Source: Christensenellales bacterium
GTDB lineage: Bacteria; Bacillota; Clostridia; Christensenellales; JBMNTQ01
Assembly: GCA_050945835.1 (NCBI GenBank)
Contig: JBMNTR010000005.1
Span: 10,196 to 74,195 of the forward strand
Length of the DNA stretch: 64,000 nucleotides
Direction of reading: 5' to 3'
Shown piece by piece: positions 9,686-24,313 of this stretch. Made by a program: the position numbers and the translations under genes. Below the pieces are notes generated by a model. It ran no database searches, was not told where the DNA came from, and was given only the letters and a program-made list of their open reading frames with translations. Within the stretch, counting starts at the first letter, position 1, and each line of letters starts with the position of its first letter.

Positions 9686-10849
9686 GTGAAAACCATCAAA
9701 GAGCTGGATGCGCAGTATATCGCCAACACCTACGCCCGTTACGATCTGCTGCTCAAAAGCGGCAAAGGCTGCACGCTGTTCGACGATACGGGTAAAAAAT
9801 ACATCGATCTGGGCGCGGGCATCGCCGTGAACACCTTCGGCGCCGTGGACGACGCCTGGCGCGACGCTGTCATCGCGCAGCTTGTGCGCCTGCAGCATAC
9901 CTCCAACCTCTATTACACACAACCGCAGGTGGAGTTGGCGCAAATGCTCTGTGAACGCACGGGCTTTTCCCGCGTGTTCTTCTCCAATTCGGGCGCTGAG
10001 GCCAACGAGTGTGCCATCAAGGCCGCACGCAAATATGCAAACGACCGCCATCACGGCGCGCGTGACAAGATCATCACGCTTCAGGGCAGCTTTCACGGGC
10101 GCACCGTCACCACGCTGTCCGCCACCGGACAGGCGGTGTTCCACACGGATTTCGGCCCGTTTACGCCGGGATTCTGCCATGTGGAGCCGGATGACTTAGA
10201 TGCCGCGCTGCACGAGATGGACGACGCCTGCTGTGCGGTGATGATCGAGCTTGTGCAGGGCGAAGGCGGTGTGCGCCAGCTTGATTACGACTACGTACAG
10301 GCATTGGCAAAAGCGGCCAAAGAGCGCGACATACTGCTGATTGTGGACGAAGTGCAGACAGGCAACGGGCGCTGCGGCAGCTTGTATTGCTATATGCAGT
10401 ATGATATTATGCCGGACATCATAAGCACAGCCAAGGGTTTAGCCGGCGGGCTGCCCATGGGCGCGACGCTGCTCGGCGAAAAGGTCAAGGACGTGTTGAG
10501 CGCAGGCACACACGGATCGACCTTTGGGGGCAACCCCCTCTGCGCCGCAGGCGCGCTCAGCATTCTTTCCCGCATAGACGACGCGCTGCTGAACAGCGTG
10601 CGCCAAAAAGGAGACTATATCCGCGCGCAGCTAACCGGAGCTTGCGGTGTGAAAAGCGTAAGCGGGCTGGGGCTGATGGTGGGTATCGAAACCGAAAAAG
10701 ACGTGAAGGCTGTCGTGCTGGCCGCCATGCAAAAGGGCGTTTTAGCGCTGACTGCCAAGAACAAGGTGCGGCTGCTGCCCGCACTCACCATCACACAGGA
10801 AGAGCTTGCGTTTGCAATCGACATATTGAAAGAGGTGATCGCATCATGA
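9686..10849 (+). CDS. argD: Acetylornithine aminotransferase
   Basis: NSGAEANE, SFHGRT, DEVQTG, AKGLAGG (PLP Lys); AAGGAGG before GTG 9686. Confidence 0.93.
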   Translation: MKTIKELDAQYIANTYARYDLLLKSGKGCTLFDDTGKKYIDLGAGIAVNTFGAVDDAWRDAVIAQLVRLQHTSNLYYTQPQVELAQMLCERTGFSRVFFSNSGAEANECAIKAARKYANDRHHGARDKIITLQGSFHGRTVTTLSATGQAVFHTDFGPFTPGFCHVEPDDLDAALHEMDDACCAVMIELVQGEGGVRQLDYDYVQALAKAAKERDILLIVDEVQTGNGRCGSLYCYMQYDIMPDIISTAKGLAGGLPMGATLLGEKVKDVLSAGTHGSTFGGNPLCAAGALSILSRIDDALLNSVRQKGDYIRAQLTGACGVKSVSGLGLMVGIETEKDVKAVVLAAMQKGVLALTAKNKVRLLPALTITQEELAFAIDILKEVIAS

Positions 10850-11757
10850 AACATCTGTTAAAGCTTTCAGATCTAAGCGCCGATGAAATACTCGCTATAC
10901 TCAATCTGGCCGACCAGTTGAAATACGACCGCGCAAACGGTATCACACACCATTATCTTTCCGGCAAAACGCTGGGCATGATCTTTGAAAAATCCTCCAC
11001 CCGCACACGCGTATCCTTTGAAGCCGGCATCTATGAACTGGGGGGCATTGGGCTCTTTTTGAGCGGCAAGGATCTGCAGTTGGGCCGCGGTGAGCCTGTT
11101 GCGGATACGGCGCGCGTATTGTCGCGCTACTTAGACGGCATCATGATCCGCACATTCAAGCAGAGCGATGTGGAGGCTTTGGCCGAATTCGGCTCCATAC
11201 CCATCATCAACGGGCTGACCGACTACGCACACCCCTGCCAGGTCTTGGCCGATTTGATGACCATACGCGAATACAAGAGCAGCTTTCGCGGCCTGAAACT
11301 CGCCTTCGTGGGCGACGGCAACAACATGGCCAATTCGCTCATCGTGGGCTGCATGAAGCTGGGCATGGACGTTGCCGTCGCCTGCCCGAAAGACTACACG
11401 CCGGACGCCGCCATCATGGAATGGGCCGGCACACAAGAGAGCCGCTTTCTCTGTACGGAGGATGTGATCGAGGCTTGCTCTGGTGCGGATGTGGTGTATA
11501 CGGATGTCTGGGCGAGCATGGGCCAGGAAGGCGAAAGCAATGTGCGCCGTCAGGCGTTTTCCGGCTATCAGGTGAACGACGCCTCCATGGCCGCCGCCAA
11601 GCCGGATGCGATGGTGCTGCATTGCCTGCCCGCACACCGCGGGGAGGAGATCACGGCAGAAGTTTTGGAGGCCCACGCGGATGAAATCTTCGACCAAGCG
11701 GAAAACCGTCTTCACGCGCAGAAGGCGGTCATGGTGAAGCTCATGCGCAATCCATAG
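10846..11757 (+). CDS. argF: Ornithine carbamoyltransferase
   Basis: SSTRTR, HPCQ, DVWASMG, HCLP; ATGA overlap with argD stop. Confidence 0.96.
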   Translation: MKHLLKLSDLSADEILAILNLADQLKYDRANGITHHYLSGKTLGMIFEKSSTRTRVSFEAGIYELGGIGLFLSGKDLQLGRGEPVADTARVLSRYLDGIMIRTFKQSDVEALAEFGSIPIINGLTDYAHPCQVLADLMTIREYKSSFRGLKLAFVGDGNNMANSLIVGCMKLGMDVAVACPKDYTPDAAIMEWAGTQESRFLCTEDVIEACSGADVVYTDVWASMGQEGESNVRRQAFSGYQVNDASMAAAKPDAMVLHCLPAHRGEEITAEVLEAHADEIFDQAENRLHAQKAVMVKLMRNP

Positions 11758-11768
11758 CATGTAAACCC

Positions 11769-11797
11769 ACAAATGCAAAGCGAGGCTTTGCATTTGT
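11769..11797 (+). terminator. Hairpin between argF and carA (terminator/attenuator-like)
   Basis: 13-bp stem ACAAATGCAAAGC-GAG-GCTTTGCATTTGT with only a weak U tail. Confidence 0.45.
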
Positions 11798-11874
11798 TCT
11801 GTAACCCCCCTAGCGGCAGCTGCGCCGTATGGAGCCGATCCGCTGAACAGAACGAGAGCATAAGGAGAATCTGA

Positions 11875-12949
11875 ATGAAAAAGGCTTATCTCATATTGAA
11901 TGACGGCCACATATTCGAAGGCCTGCGCTTCGGTGCAGAGGGCGACGCGCTGGGCGAGCTCGTATTCAACACCAGCATGTGCGGCTATGTGGAAACCATC
12001 AGCGATCCAAGCTACTATGGGCAAATCGTGATGCAAACCTTCCCCTTAATCGGCAACTACGGCGTGATGCAGGAGGACATGCAAAGCGACCGGAGCGTGC
12101 TGCGCGGTTATGTGGTGCGCGAATGGTGTACAACACCCTCCAACTTCCGCGCAGAAGGCGATATCGACACCTATTTGAAGGAAAAGGGTGTGGTCGGGCT
12201 GTATGGCGTGGATACGCGTCAGATCACCCGCATCATACGCGATTCGGGCGTGATGAACGCCAAGATCGTAGACACGTTGCCGCAGGATCCTGTATGCGGG
12301 CTGGAGGAATACACCATCACAAAGGCCGTGCCCGGCGTAAGCGTGAAGCAAAAAACGGTGCACGAACCGTCTGGCTGCAATGCGCCGAAGCACACCCTTG
12401 CGCTCATCGACTACGGCGTGCGGCGCGATATGCTGTGTGAGCTGCAAAGGCGCGGCTGCCGTGTGATACAGCTTCCTTACGACGTTACAGCCGAAGAGGT
12501 GCTCGCGCTTCATGCAGACGGCGTGGTGCTGTCCAACGGCCCCGGGAATCCTGCGGAAAACACCCTCTGCATCGACACGCTTAAAAAGCTGACGGGCAAA
12601 ATCCCGATGTTCGGCATCTGCTTAGGGCATCAATTGCTCGCACTCGCCCACGGCGGGCACACACAGAAGCTGAAATATGGCCACCGCGGCGCCAATCAGC
12701 CGGTGAAGTGCCTTGGAAACGGGCGCGTGTACATCACCAACCAGAACCACGGCTATACGGTTTTAGCAGACAGTATGAAGGGCAAAGGCGAGATCAGCTT
12801 CATCAATGCCCACGACGGCACCTGCGAGGGGATCGATTACCCGGATCAGAAAGCCTTTTCCGTGCAGTTCTACCCTGAGACCTGCGGCGGCCCGCAGGAT
12901 TCTGTGAAGCTGTTCGACCGGTTTATCACCATGACGGGAGGAAAAGACT

Positions 12950-12963
<14 letters not shown>
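11875..12963 (+). CDS. carA: Carbamoyl-phosphate synthase small subunit (catalytic His replaced by Tyr)
   Basis: FNTSMCGY, SDPSY, SNGPG, GICLGHQ, GHRGANQPV; C-terminal FSVQFYPE instead of FSVQ(F/Y)HPE. Confidence 0.93.
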
Positions 12964-16984
<4,021 letters not shown>

Positions 16985-17117
16985 TCAGGCCTGTATGACG
17001 AAAAGGCATTTTATAATGATCAAACATATATGAGCAACAAAAAATACAGCGAAGGGATCAAAAAGGGCTAAAGCCTTTTCGATCCCTCTTCCCTTCATCC
17101 GCGGTTTTTAACAAACG

Positions 17118-17150
17118 AAAGCCGGCGGGTTTTTCTTCCCCGCCGGCTTT
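17118..17150. terminator. Intrinsic terminator between convergent carB and pfkB-family gene
   Basis: AAAGCCGGCGGG...CCCGCCGGCTTT inverted repeat. Confidence 0.7.
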
Positions 17151-17174
17151 GAATGCCATGCTTACAGCATGTTT

Positions 17175-18251
17175 TTAGCGCTGCACGCGTGCGTTGCCGC
17201 TCCAAACGCTCCAAACCTGCGCCTCATCCATGGGCTGCGCGTAGTCCGTGTAGAAGGTGGTGGCTAAAGCACCGCTTGCCCAGGCAAACTGCACCCATTT
17301 CTCAGGCTCCCACTCGCGCAGTATGGCATACAGCAAGCCGCCCACAAAACCGTCGCCGCCGCCGATACGGTCAAGCACTTGGATTTCTCTGGGTTCCACC
17401 ACATGCCAAGCGTCCCCTTGCAGCACGATCGCGCCCCAGAGGTGCTCATTGACGCTGATCACCTGACGCAGCGTGTTGGCGTATACCGACGCGTTGGGGA
17501 ACGCCTTTTTCACATTCTCGATCATGCCCTTAAAGCTGTCGATCTTGGAGGTGATCTCCTTGCCGCCGGCTTCCGGCCCCTTGATGCCCAGGCAAAGCTG
17601 GAAATCTTCCTCGTTGCCGATCAGTATATCGGATAAACTCGCGATTTCTGTGAATATCTCGTGGAGCTCTTCCTCCCTGTTTTCCCAGAAGCTCGCGCGG
17701 TGGTTGAGGTCGAACGAAATCAGCGTGCCGTGTTTCTTGGCAACACGCGCCAGATCCCGGCAGAAGATGCTCGTCTCATGTGAGATCGCGCCGATCAGGC
17801 CGGACATATGTACGATCTGTACGCCCTCCTCCCCGAAGATGCGCTCGAGATCGAAATCCTTGATGTTCAGCGAGCGGCCGACTTCACCGGCGCGGTCGTT
17901 GAACACACGCGGGCCGCGCGTGCCGTAGCCGCTGTCCGCGATGTTGATCTGATGGCGATAGCCCCACGGGTTGCCCTGCGGCACGTCCACGCCTTCGAAA
18001 TCCATGCCGCGCGCTCTTAGGTTGGCCTTGATGATGTTTGCCATGGGATTGTCCTTCACGAAGGTGGTGAGCACCTTCACCGGCAGGCCCAGATAGGATG
18101 AAATGCTGGCCACATTCGTCTCGGCGCTGGTGACATACAGCGTAAAGGAATCACTCGCATGCACAGGCTGGCCATTGGGCGGTGTCAGCCTTAGGCCCAT
18201 GCTGGTGGGCACGAGCATCGCGTATTTACAGTTTTGTTTTAGTTTTTTCAT
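17175..18251 (-). CDS. PfkB-family carbohydrate kinase (KdgK-like)
   Basis: AETNVA, SFDLNHR, GNEED, DRIGGGDGFVGG anion-hole motif. Confidence 0.85.
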   Translation of the reverse strand: MKKLKQNCKYAMLVPTSMGLRLTPPNGQPVHASDSFTLYVTSAETNVASISSYLGLPVKVLTTFVKDNPMANIIKANLRARGMDFEGVDVPQGNPWGYRHQINIADSGYGTRGPRVFNDRAGEVGRSLNIKDFDLERIFGEEGVQIVHMSGLIGAISHETSIFCRDLARVAKKHGTLISFDLNHRASFWENREEELHEIFTEIASLSDILIGNEEDFQLCLGIKGPEAGGKEITSKIDSFKGMIENVKKAFPNASVYANTLRQVISVNEHLWGAIVLQGDAWHVVEPREIQVLDRIGGGDGFVGGLLYAILREWEPEKWVQFAWASGALATTFYTDYAQPMDEAQVWSVWSGNARVQR

Positions 18252-18811
18252 CGGTAAACCTCCAAGAATATTTGTTATGGCTTGGTAAGAATTGAAAACT
18301 TTTCGCCATTATAGCTACCCTTATTATAATCACTCCCGCTGAAAATAGCAATCGGATTTGCCAGCTAAAAACGCCATTCTGCGGCTTTTCCCGATGTAAA
18401 CTGTTACAATTTAAAAAACGCAGCGCGGCATCATGAAGCGATGCATACACATACCGCTGCAGGCCGTGAAAGAAATCCAAAAAAATAAAAAATTGTGAAG
18501 AAAAGAAGCCTTTTTGGAACATTTTCGAGCAAGGGCAGTCTGCAAAATATGTAAAACCTGCTGCCCTCCTTAAAAAGAGCCCTAGAAGCACCGCATGCTT
18601 TAAAATGCGCGGCCGCTTTTTGTATGCTCAGCCGCGCATACGCACCGCTCCCTTTCGCCAATCGAACGCCCGTGTGCGGCCAACGCCGTTGGATCGCGCC
18701 TCTTGACCAAGCGAAAACCCCCTATGCGGCTTTCGCACAGGGGGTTGTGTCCGTTTTGATGCACCCGGCCGCCTGCCGGCGCATGCCGTGTTGAAACAAA
18801 CGCCGCCTATC

Positions 18812-19972
18812 CTATCGCGCCTGCACCACGACTTTCATGCTCTCCGGCGTCATGCTGGTGCGTATGGCGGTATCGTATTCATCCAGCTTGAACTTATGGC
18901 TGATGAATTGATCCCACGGGAAATCCTTCTCATGCCGCAGCATCATCTCCATGGTGGGCCTGTAGCCCGTCGCCGCATGGTTGTTCATGCCGATCACGCG
19001 GATGTTCTTCGCACAGATCTTATGCATGTTGACTTCCACGCCGCCCACCTCTACGAAGTGGCCGATTTCGAGATAAACACCGCATTTGCGTATCATCTCC
19101 AGCCCTTCCGGCACCACAGAAGGCACGCCCGAGCACTCGCACACCACGTTTGCGCCTAAGCCGTGCGTGGCTTCCTTGACGATCGCGATACGCTCCTCCG
19201 GCGTGGTCTTGAGCACATTCAGACAGATGTCCGCCCCGAACGCCTTGGCCAGATTCAGCTTATAATCGGAGATATCCGTGGCGATGATCTTGCCCGCACT
19301 CATCATACGCGCCTTGATCACATGCGCAAGCCCCACCGGCCCGCAGCCCTGTACCACCACGCTGCCGCCGAACTCGAAGCCTTCGCCGTCGAACGCAAAC
19401 AGTTCCTTCGCCTTATCCAGCGAATAGGTCACGCACATCAGCTCGGTGAGCGTCGCCAAATCGTCGGACAGCGCATCCGGCACCTTATAGATATAGGATT
19501 TGGGCAGCAGATACATATATTCCGCGAACGCACCAAACAGATGCGGTGCCTGATCGCAGCCGAGGCTGTTGCCGTAGCACTCTCTGGACGGATCGTCACA
19601 CCAGGGATACCAGGAGGAATGACGGCAGAAATAACACTCGCCGCATACGATATCCGGGCAGAAGGTGATACGGTCACCCACTTGAAGCGGCTCGCCGTAA
19701 TAATCCTTTTCAAAATACCCCGGAGCAATCTCTTCCAGTATGCCCACCGCTTCGTGCCCCTGTATCAAAGGATACGGCACATCATATTCGGCAGCGCCGC
19801 CGCTGTTCTGCTTGGTTTCACCCTTAAAAGTGTGCTTGTCTGTTCCGCAGATTCCGGATTGTATGCTGCGCATCACCGCACCGCCAAGCTTCTTTACGTC
19901 AGGATAAGGGAAATAGCGAATTTCTATGCTGCCCGGACCTGTGACCACTGCTGCTTTTACCTGTTTATCCAT
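18812..19972 (-). CDS. Zinc-dependent alcohol/polyol dehydrogenase (MDR family)
   Basis: GICGTD, GHE, CGECYFC structural zinc site, GCGPVG Rossmann motif. Confidence 0.88.
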   Translation of the reverse strand: MDKQVKAAVVTGPGSIEIRYFPYPDVKKLGGAVMRSIQSGICGTDKHTFKGETKQNSGGAAEYDVPYPLIQGHEAVGILEEIAPGYFEKDYYGEPLQVGDRITFCPDIVCGECYFCRHSSWYPWCDDPSRECYGNSLGCDQAPHLFGAFAEYMYLLPKSYIYKVPDALSDDLATLTELMCVTYSLDKAKELFAFDGEGFEFGGSVVVQGCGPVGLAHVIKARMMSAGKIIATDISDYKLNLAKAFGADICLNVLKTTPEERIAIVKEATHGLGANVVCECSGVPSVVPEGLEMIRKCGVYLEIGHFVEVGGVEVNMHKICAKNIRVIGMNNHAATGYRPTMEMMLRHEKDFPWDQFISHKFKLDEYDTAIRTSMTPESMKVVVQAR

Positions 19973-20310
19973 TGTTTGCTCCTCCTGAAAAATATTTTTA
20001 TTAAGCTCTGTTGCTTCGTCTCAGCAGGCAATGCCGCGGTTAAATAGGCGCTTTCAGCGCCGCGGAATTTATGCTCTTGTCAACTGAGGCTTCTTTTATT
20101 ATAATACATATGCTATTCATAAATGTTGGCGAAAATTTTGAATTCCGCAATACACAGCGTTTGCACACACGCACAACCCGCCAAGTCCGGGCTTGTTGCC
20201 GCATGGGCGGCAAAAGAACGTTGAAAAGGGCGTTTGGTGATGGTATAATCAATGCGTCGCATGTGCTGCAAAAAACGATCGGCTCTATAATTGGGTTTAA
20301 AGGAAGAAAT

Positions 20311-20619
20311 ATGATTGAAAAAAACGGCATAAAAATCAAGAATCTCATGGAAAGCCTTGTGGATATGAATCTGGATTCCCTGATACGCATGACGGGTTGC
20401 TGCGACTGTGCCATGTGCCGCGCAGATATACTCGCGTATACGCTCAACCATCTGCCTCCGCGGTATGTCACCAGCACAGAGGGCAACATATTCGTGCAAG
20501 TCGACTCCATGACGCTGCAGGCGCAGGCCGACATCATGGCAGGCATCATGAAGGCGATCACGGTGATCAAAAATGCGCCGCGTCACCACCGCGAACAGCT
20601 TTTAGACCATGGCGTGTAA
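20311..20619 (+). CDS. comFB: ComFB-family protein
   Basis: KNLMESLV, CDCAMCRADILAYTLNHLPPRYV, C-terminal PRH; ATG 20311 after AAAGGA. Confidence 0.8.
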   Translation: MIEKNGIKIKNLMESLVDMNLDSLIRMTGCCDCAMCRADILAYTLNHLPPRYVTSTEGNIFVQVDSMTLQAQADIMAGIMKAITVIKNAPRHHREQLLDHGV

Positions 20620-20902
20620 ACCGGCCCGTCCACAATAGAAGCGTTGCCAAAAAACTGGGGCTTGAAGTGCTGCTGCCTCAAGCAGGCAATCGAAACGGCA
20701 AAACCGGCCTTTCTATTCATATTCAAATGAAAAAACGCATTTTTTAATCATTTTCCATATTCCCCGGTCATCATTTTTTTGTGTTTCACTTTATTGAAAT
20801 CCAGCCGTTCACAAATGAATAAAAGCAGCCGTCGGGTTGCTCTTCGCCCACCTTTCAGCTGCTTCAAACATGGATCAAACGCCTTTTTTTATTCCGTTCA
20901 TT

Positions 20903-22087
20903 TTAAATGCCCGCCACCACCACGCTATAATCGCCCAGCTCTTTCACCTGCACGGCGCTATAGCCGTTCTGCACACACAGCCGCGCGATGTGCTGCAGCT
21001 CCACCTGCGCGCCCGCCAGCAGGCTGAACGCGCCGGGTCTGTTCGAAAACACCGTGCTCAAAAGCTCTTGCGCCTGTGTATCGTCAAAGGCTATCAGGCC
21101 TTTTTTGACGTAGTAATAGGCGTCCAGATCCGCAGCATCCGGCGTTTTGGCCGTATCAAACCGGTGCGTGGCCATGATCAGCTCATCGGGCACACAGAAA
21201 TAAGCGTAGGCCGGGCCCGCATCAAATCCGTCGTCAAACGTCACATCCACATGGTACCATCTGCCGTCCTCCAGCCTCACCATGTTCCAGACATGTGCGC
21301 TGCCCGACGCTTCGCCGTCGATCTTGACGCATTCTATGCCCGCCATGCGGGACAGCATCTGGAAGGTGTCTGCATAGCCCTGGCAATTGGCCCTGCCCTG
21401 GAAAAAAACGCCATACGGCGATGCGGTATGCACCGTTTGGCCATCATGCTCCGCTTCGGCGTAATATTGTGTCTGCGCGCAAATGAAATCATGTATGCGC
21501 AGCAGCTTATCATAAATCGGCTCCTCTTTTGGTATGTTTTTTTCAATCCAGCCGGCGGCAAAGTCATAGATGGCGCTTTCTTGCACCGTCAGATTGCGCC
21601 TGTCTCCCGTGCGGTAGGCATGGGCCACATTTTCACCGTCGAAATAGGTAAGGGTGTACAGAACGCGGTATGTGCCGTTGCGCAAATCCAACACTTCCGG
21701 CTTGCAGGCACGAAGCAGATAGGCGTTGGCAATCCTGCTGCCTCCGTCAAACAGGCAAAGGTTCGCATCATCCGTCACAAACGCCACCTTTACATAGCGT
21801 TTCTCAATGCAGCGCAGCAGAAACTGATCGAACGCATACGCGCTTTCCAGCCGCGGCACGACGCTGAAATCCACATCATAGATCGACAATTCCGCGTCGT
21901 ATGTATCCATTGCGCCTGTGAGCGTATCCGAAGAATAGACCGGCTCAGCCAGCAGGTTCAGGCCCCCGCCTGCGAGGCCCGACATCGGATCTGCAAAGGC
22001 ATATTCTTTTTTGACATGCTGTTGTGCGCAGGCTCCCAACAGTACGAACACGAGCAGCAACGCCATCAGCGAAAAGACTTTCCTCAC
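20903..22087 (-). CDS. Transglutaminase-like lipoprotein
   Basis: Lipobox LLGAC; Cys-His-Asp triad in ANCQGYA, HVWNMV, HVDVTFDD. Confidence 0.8.
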   Translation of the reverse strand: MRKVFSLMALLLVFVLLGACAQQHVKKEYAFADPMSGLAGGGLNLLAEPVYSSDTLTGAMDTYDAELSIYDVDFSVVPRLESAYAFDQFLLRCIEKRYVKVAFVTDDANLCLFDGGSRIANAYLLRACKPEVLDLRNGTYRVLYTLTYFDGENVAHAYRTGDRRNLTVQESAIYDFAAGWIEKNIPKEEPIYDKLLRIHDFICAQTQYYAEAEHDGQTVHTASPYGVFFQGRANCQGYADTFQMLSRMAGIECVKIDGEASGSAHVWNMVRLEDGRWYHVDVTFDDGFDAGPAYAYFCVPDELIMATHRFDTAKTPDAADLDAYYYVKKGLIAFDDTQAQELLSTVFSNRPGAFSLLAGAQVELQHIARLCVQNGYSAVQVKELGDYSVVVAGI

Positions 22088-22379
22088 AAAACCACCTGAT
22101 ATTTACTCTAAAACTCATATCAAACAAATCACAAGATAATGTACTTTTACTATAGTTTCTATGCCCATCATATGCCCCCGCCGCTTCGTTGTCAACCAAA
22201 ACACCGCATATGGCGAATATTCCCACACACGCCCCGCGCCCTCGTAAAGCTTGGGGCAATACCGATTGCGCCGCGTGCGGGCTTCATGCTATAATGACGC
22301 TGTGCAGGGAAAATTGCGCGTGTATTCATAACATTAAAAATTGCGTATTCACAAGGCGAATTGACTGGGTAAAAGACGG

Positions 22380-23321
22380 ATGAATTACTTTCAGCTTGTG
22401 CTCGACCATATGGCGGGGTTTGGTGTTTTACTGCTGGCAGGCTTTATGCTGGGGAAGCTCAAGGTCATTAAAAAGACGGCGCTGCCGCATTTCGCTTCCC
22501 TCATCGTCAATGTGCTCATTCCCTGTCTGGCGTTTACCACCATCTATAACGGCGGTGTCACACCGCAGGTCATTGCCGGACTCTGGCCTGTCATCGCCGC
22601 GTTTTTGATCGCATACATGCTGCTGTTTGCGCTGGGGCTGCTCAGCGGCAAGCTCTTTCGCTTAAACCGGCACCGCGCGCGCGTACACATCGCCGTCACC
22701 ATGTTCAGCAACATGGGGTTTGTGGGCGTGCCGCTGTTGCAGGCTGTGTTTCCAGTGGAGGCTTTTGCCGCGTCCATCGCTGTATTTTTTGTGCTGAATC
22801 AATTGCTCTTATGGACGATGGGCGTATATCTTTTTTCCGATAACCGACATATTGTCAGCCGGAATAAACGCTGGCGCAATTTTATAAACCCCATCGTGGT
22901 CTGCGTGATCGTGTCCGTTACGCTGAGCTTTACCGGCTTACGGCTGCCCGTTTTGCTCACGGATGCCATAGCGGGGCTGGGGGATGCGAGCAAGGTGTTC
23001 GCGATTCTCTATTTGGGCGCAGTCATGGCGTTTGTGCCCTTTAAGGCTCTAAAAGGCGCGCTGCCCATACTGGTGACGTTTCTGGCGAAGACAGCGCTGG
23101 CGGTGGGCGTCTTCTGGGCGTGTGTGTGCTTCATGCCCATGCAGGACGCGAGCGTGCTCGCCATCATCGCGGCGCTGCCCACCAACAACAGCGCCTCCGC
23201 CATGGCCGCGCGGTTCGGCTCGGAGGATATCTACGCGGCGCTGGCCACCATCACCACTTCTTTTTGTTGTGTGTTCACCATCCCGCTGCTGTCCGCGCTC
23301 ACATTCGGCCTGTTTGCCTGA
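22380..23321 (+). CDS. AEC (auxin efflux carrier/malate permease) family transporter
   Basis: About 10 TM segments; FSNMGFVGVPLL, NPI and ALPT motifs. Confidence 0.85.
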   Translation: MNYFQLVLDHMAGFGVLLLAGFMLGKLKVIKKTALPHFASLIVNVLIPCLAFTTIYNGGVTPQVIAGLWPVIAAFLIAYMLLFALGLLSGKLFRLNRHRARVHIAVTMFSNMGFVGVPLLQAVFPVEAFAASIAVFFVLNQLLLWTMGVYLFSDNRHIVSRNKRWRNFINPIVVCVIVSVTLSFTGLRLPVLLTDAIAGLGDASKVFAILYLGAVMAFVPFKALKGALPILVTFLAKTALAVGVFWACVCFMPMQDASVLAIIAALPTNNSASAMAARFGSEDIYAALATITTSFCCVFTIPLLSALTFGLFA

Positions 23322-23383
23322 ATGCGTGCACACCGCGGGAGGGAGCAAAAAATCGATATATAAATGCAGGAGGCGACTACACT

Positions 23384-24199
23384 ATGATGAATGTACGATT
23401 GGGCATATGCGACTGGGCGCTGCCCGGCGGCGGGCTCTATGGGCCGCGTATTGCGGCGGACGCGGGGCTTGACGCGTTGGCGCTCAAGATCGGCGAATAC
23501 GCGAACAACTATCCCATCAGCGAACCCGAGATGCAAAAATACTATCTACAGGAACAAGATCATTGCGGCATCGAATACTGCGCGCTGGCGCTGAACGATT
23601 ACGACAACATCCCCATGCACGCCCCGGAAAATACCCCCGATTATGAACGTATCATGGAGATCGCACGCCGCGCCATACAGACGGTGCGCGCGCTCCACAT
23701 CCCCATGATACAGGTGCCCGCTTTTGCGCAAAGCGCGATCGAAACCGAAGAACAGATGGCGCGCAGCGCGAAGGTCTTGCGCCTTCTGTGCGAAGAGGCG
23801 GGTGCTTTGGGTGTCACGGTGTCGCACGAGGGGCTTCTTTCGCCTGAGGAATTTAAAACGTTGTATGAGATGGTGGGGCAAAAGAATTTCGGCGTCTATT
23901 TCGATTCCCAGAACTATTTCCTGTTCAAGGGCTGGGATGAAGTGGAGGTGCTGCATGGTTTTTATCCCTATATGGTGGATCAGCTCCACGTGAAAGACGG
24001 CGCGGGCGCTATGAGCGGCGCGCTGCTGGGCAAGGGCGATTCCGGCTTTTACCAGACCATGGCCGCCCTCAAGGACAAGGGTTTTGAAGGCGTCATACTG
24101 CTGGAAAACTATTACGACCAGCTGCCCCTGCGTCTGGCCGGCGAAAGCCCCTACGCTTTGCTGAAAGAGGACATAGCCATACTCAAGGCCGCGCTGTAG
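23384..24199 (+). CDS. Sugar phosphate isomerase/epimerase (xylose isomerase-like TIM barrel)
   Basis: SHE, YFDSQN, LHVKD, LLGKG, ILLENY metal-binding pattern; AGGAGG before ATG 23384. Confidence 0.8.
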   Translation: MMNVRLGICDWALPGGGLYGPRIAADAGLDALALKIGEYANNYPISEPEMQKYYLQEQDHCGIEYCALALNDYDNIPMHAPENTPDYERIMEIARRAIQTVRALHIPMIQVPAFAQSAIETEEQMARSAKVLRLLCEEAGALGVTVSHEGLLSPEEFKTLYEMVGQKNFGVYFDSQNYFLFKGWDEVEVLHGFYPYMVDQLHVKDGAGAMSGALLGKGDSGFYQTMAALKDKGFEGVILLENYYDQLPLRLAGESPYALLKEDIAILKAAL

Positions 24200-24313
24200 T
24201 CCCTTTATTAAAAATAAATCACAGCATAAGAAACGCCGCCGTCAAAGATTTTCCGGCGGCGTCGGTGGTTTGGCGTATCCTAATTAACAGCGCATCATAT
24301 CAAGCCCTTCACA

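Noticed and set aside
20837-22099. 420-aa plus-strand ORF and other long antisense ORFs (e.g. 58029..59270, 53196..54221)
   Set aside because: Shadow ORFs opposite well-supported genes in GC-rich sequence, with no recognisable motifs.
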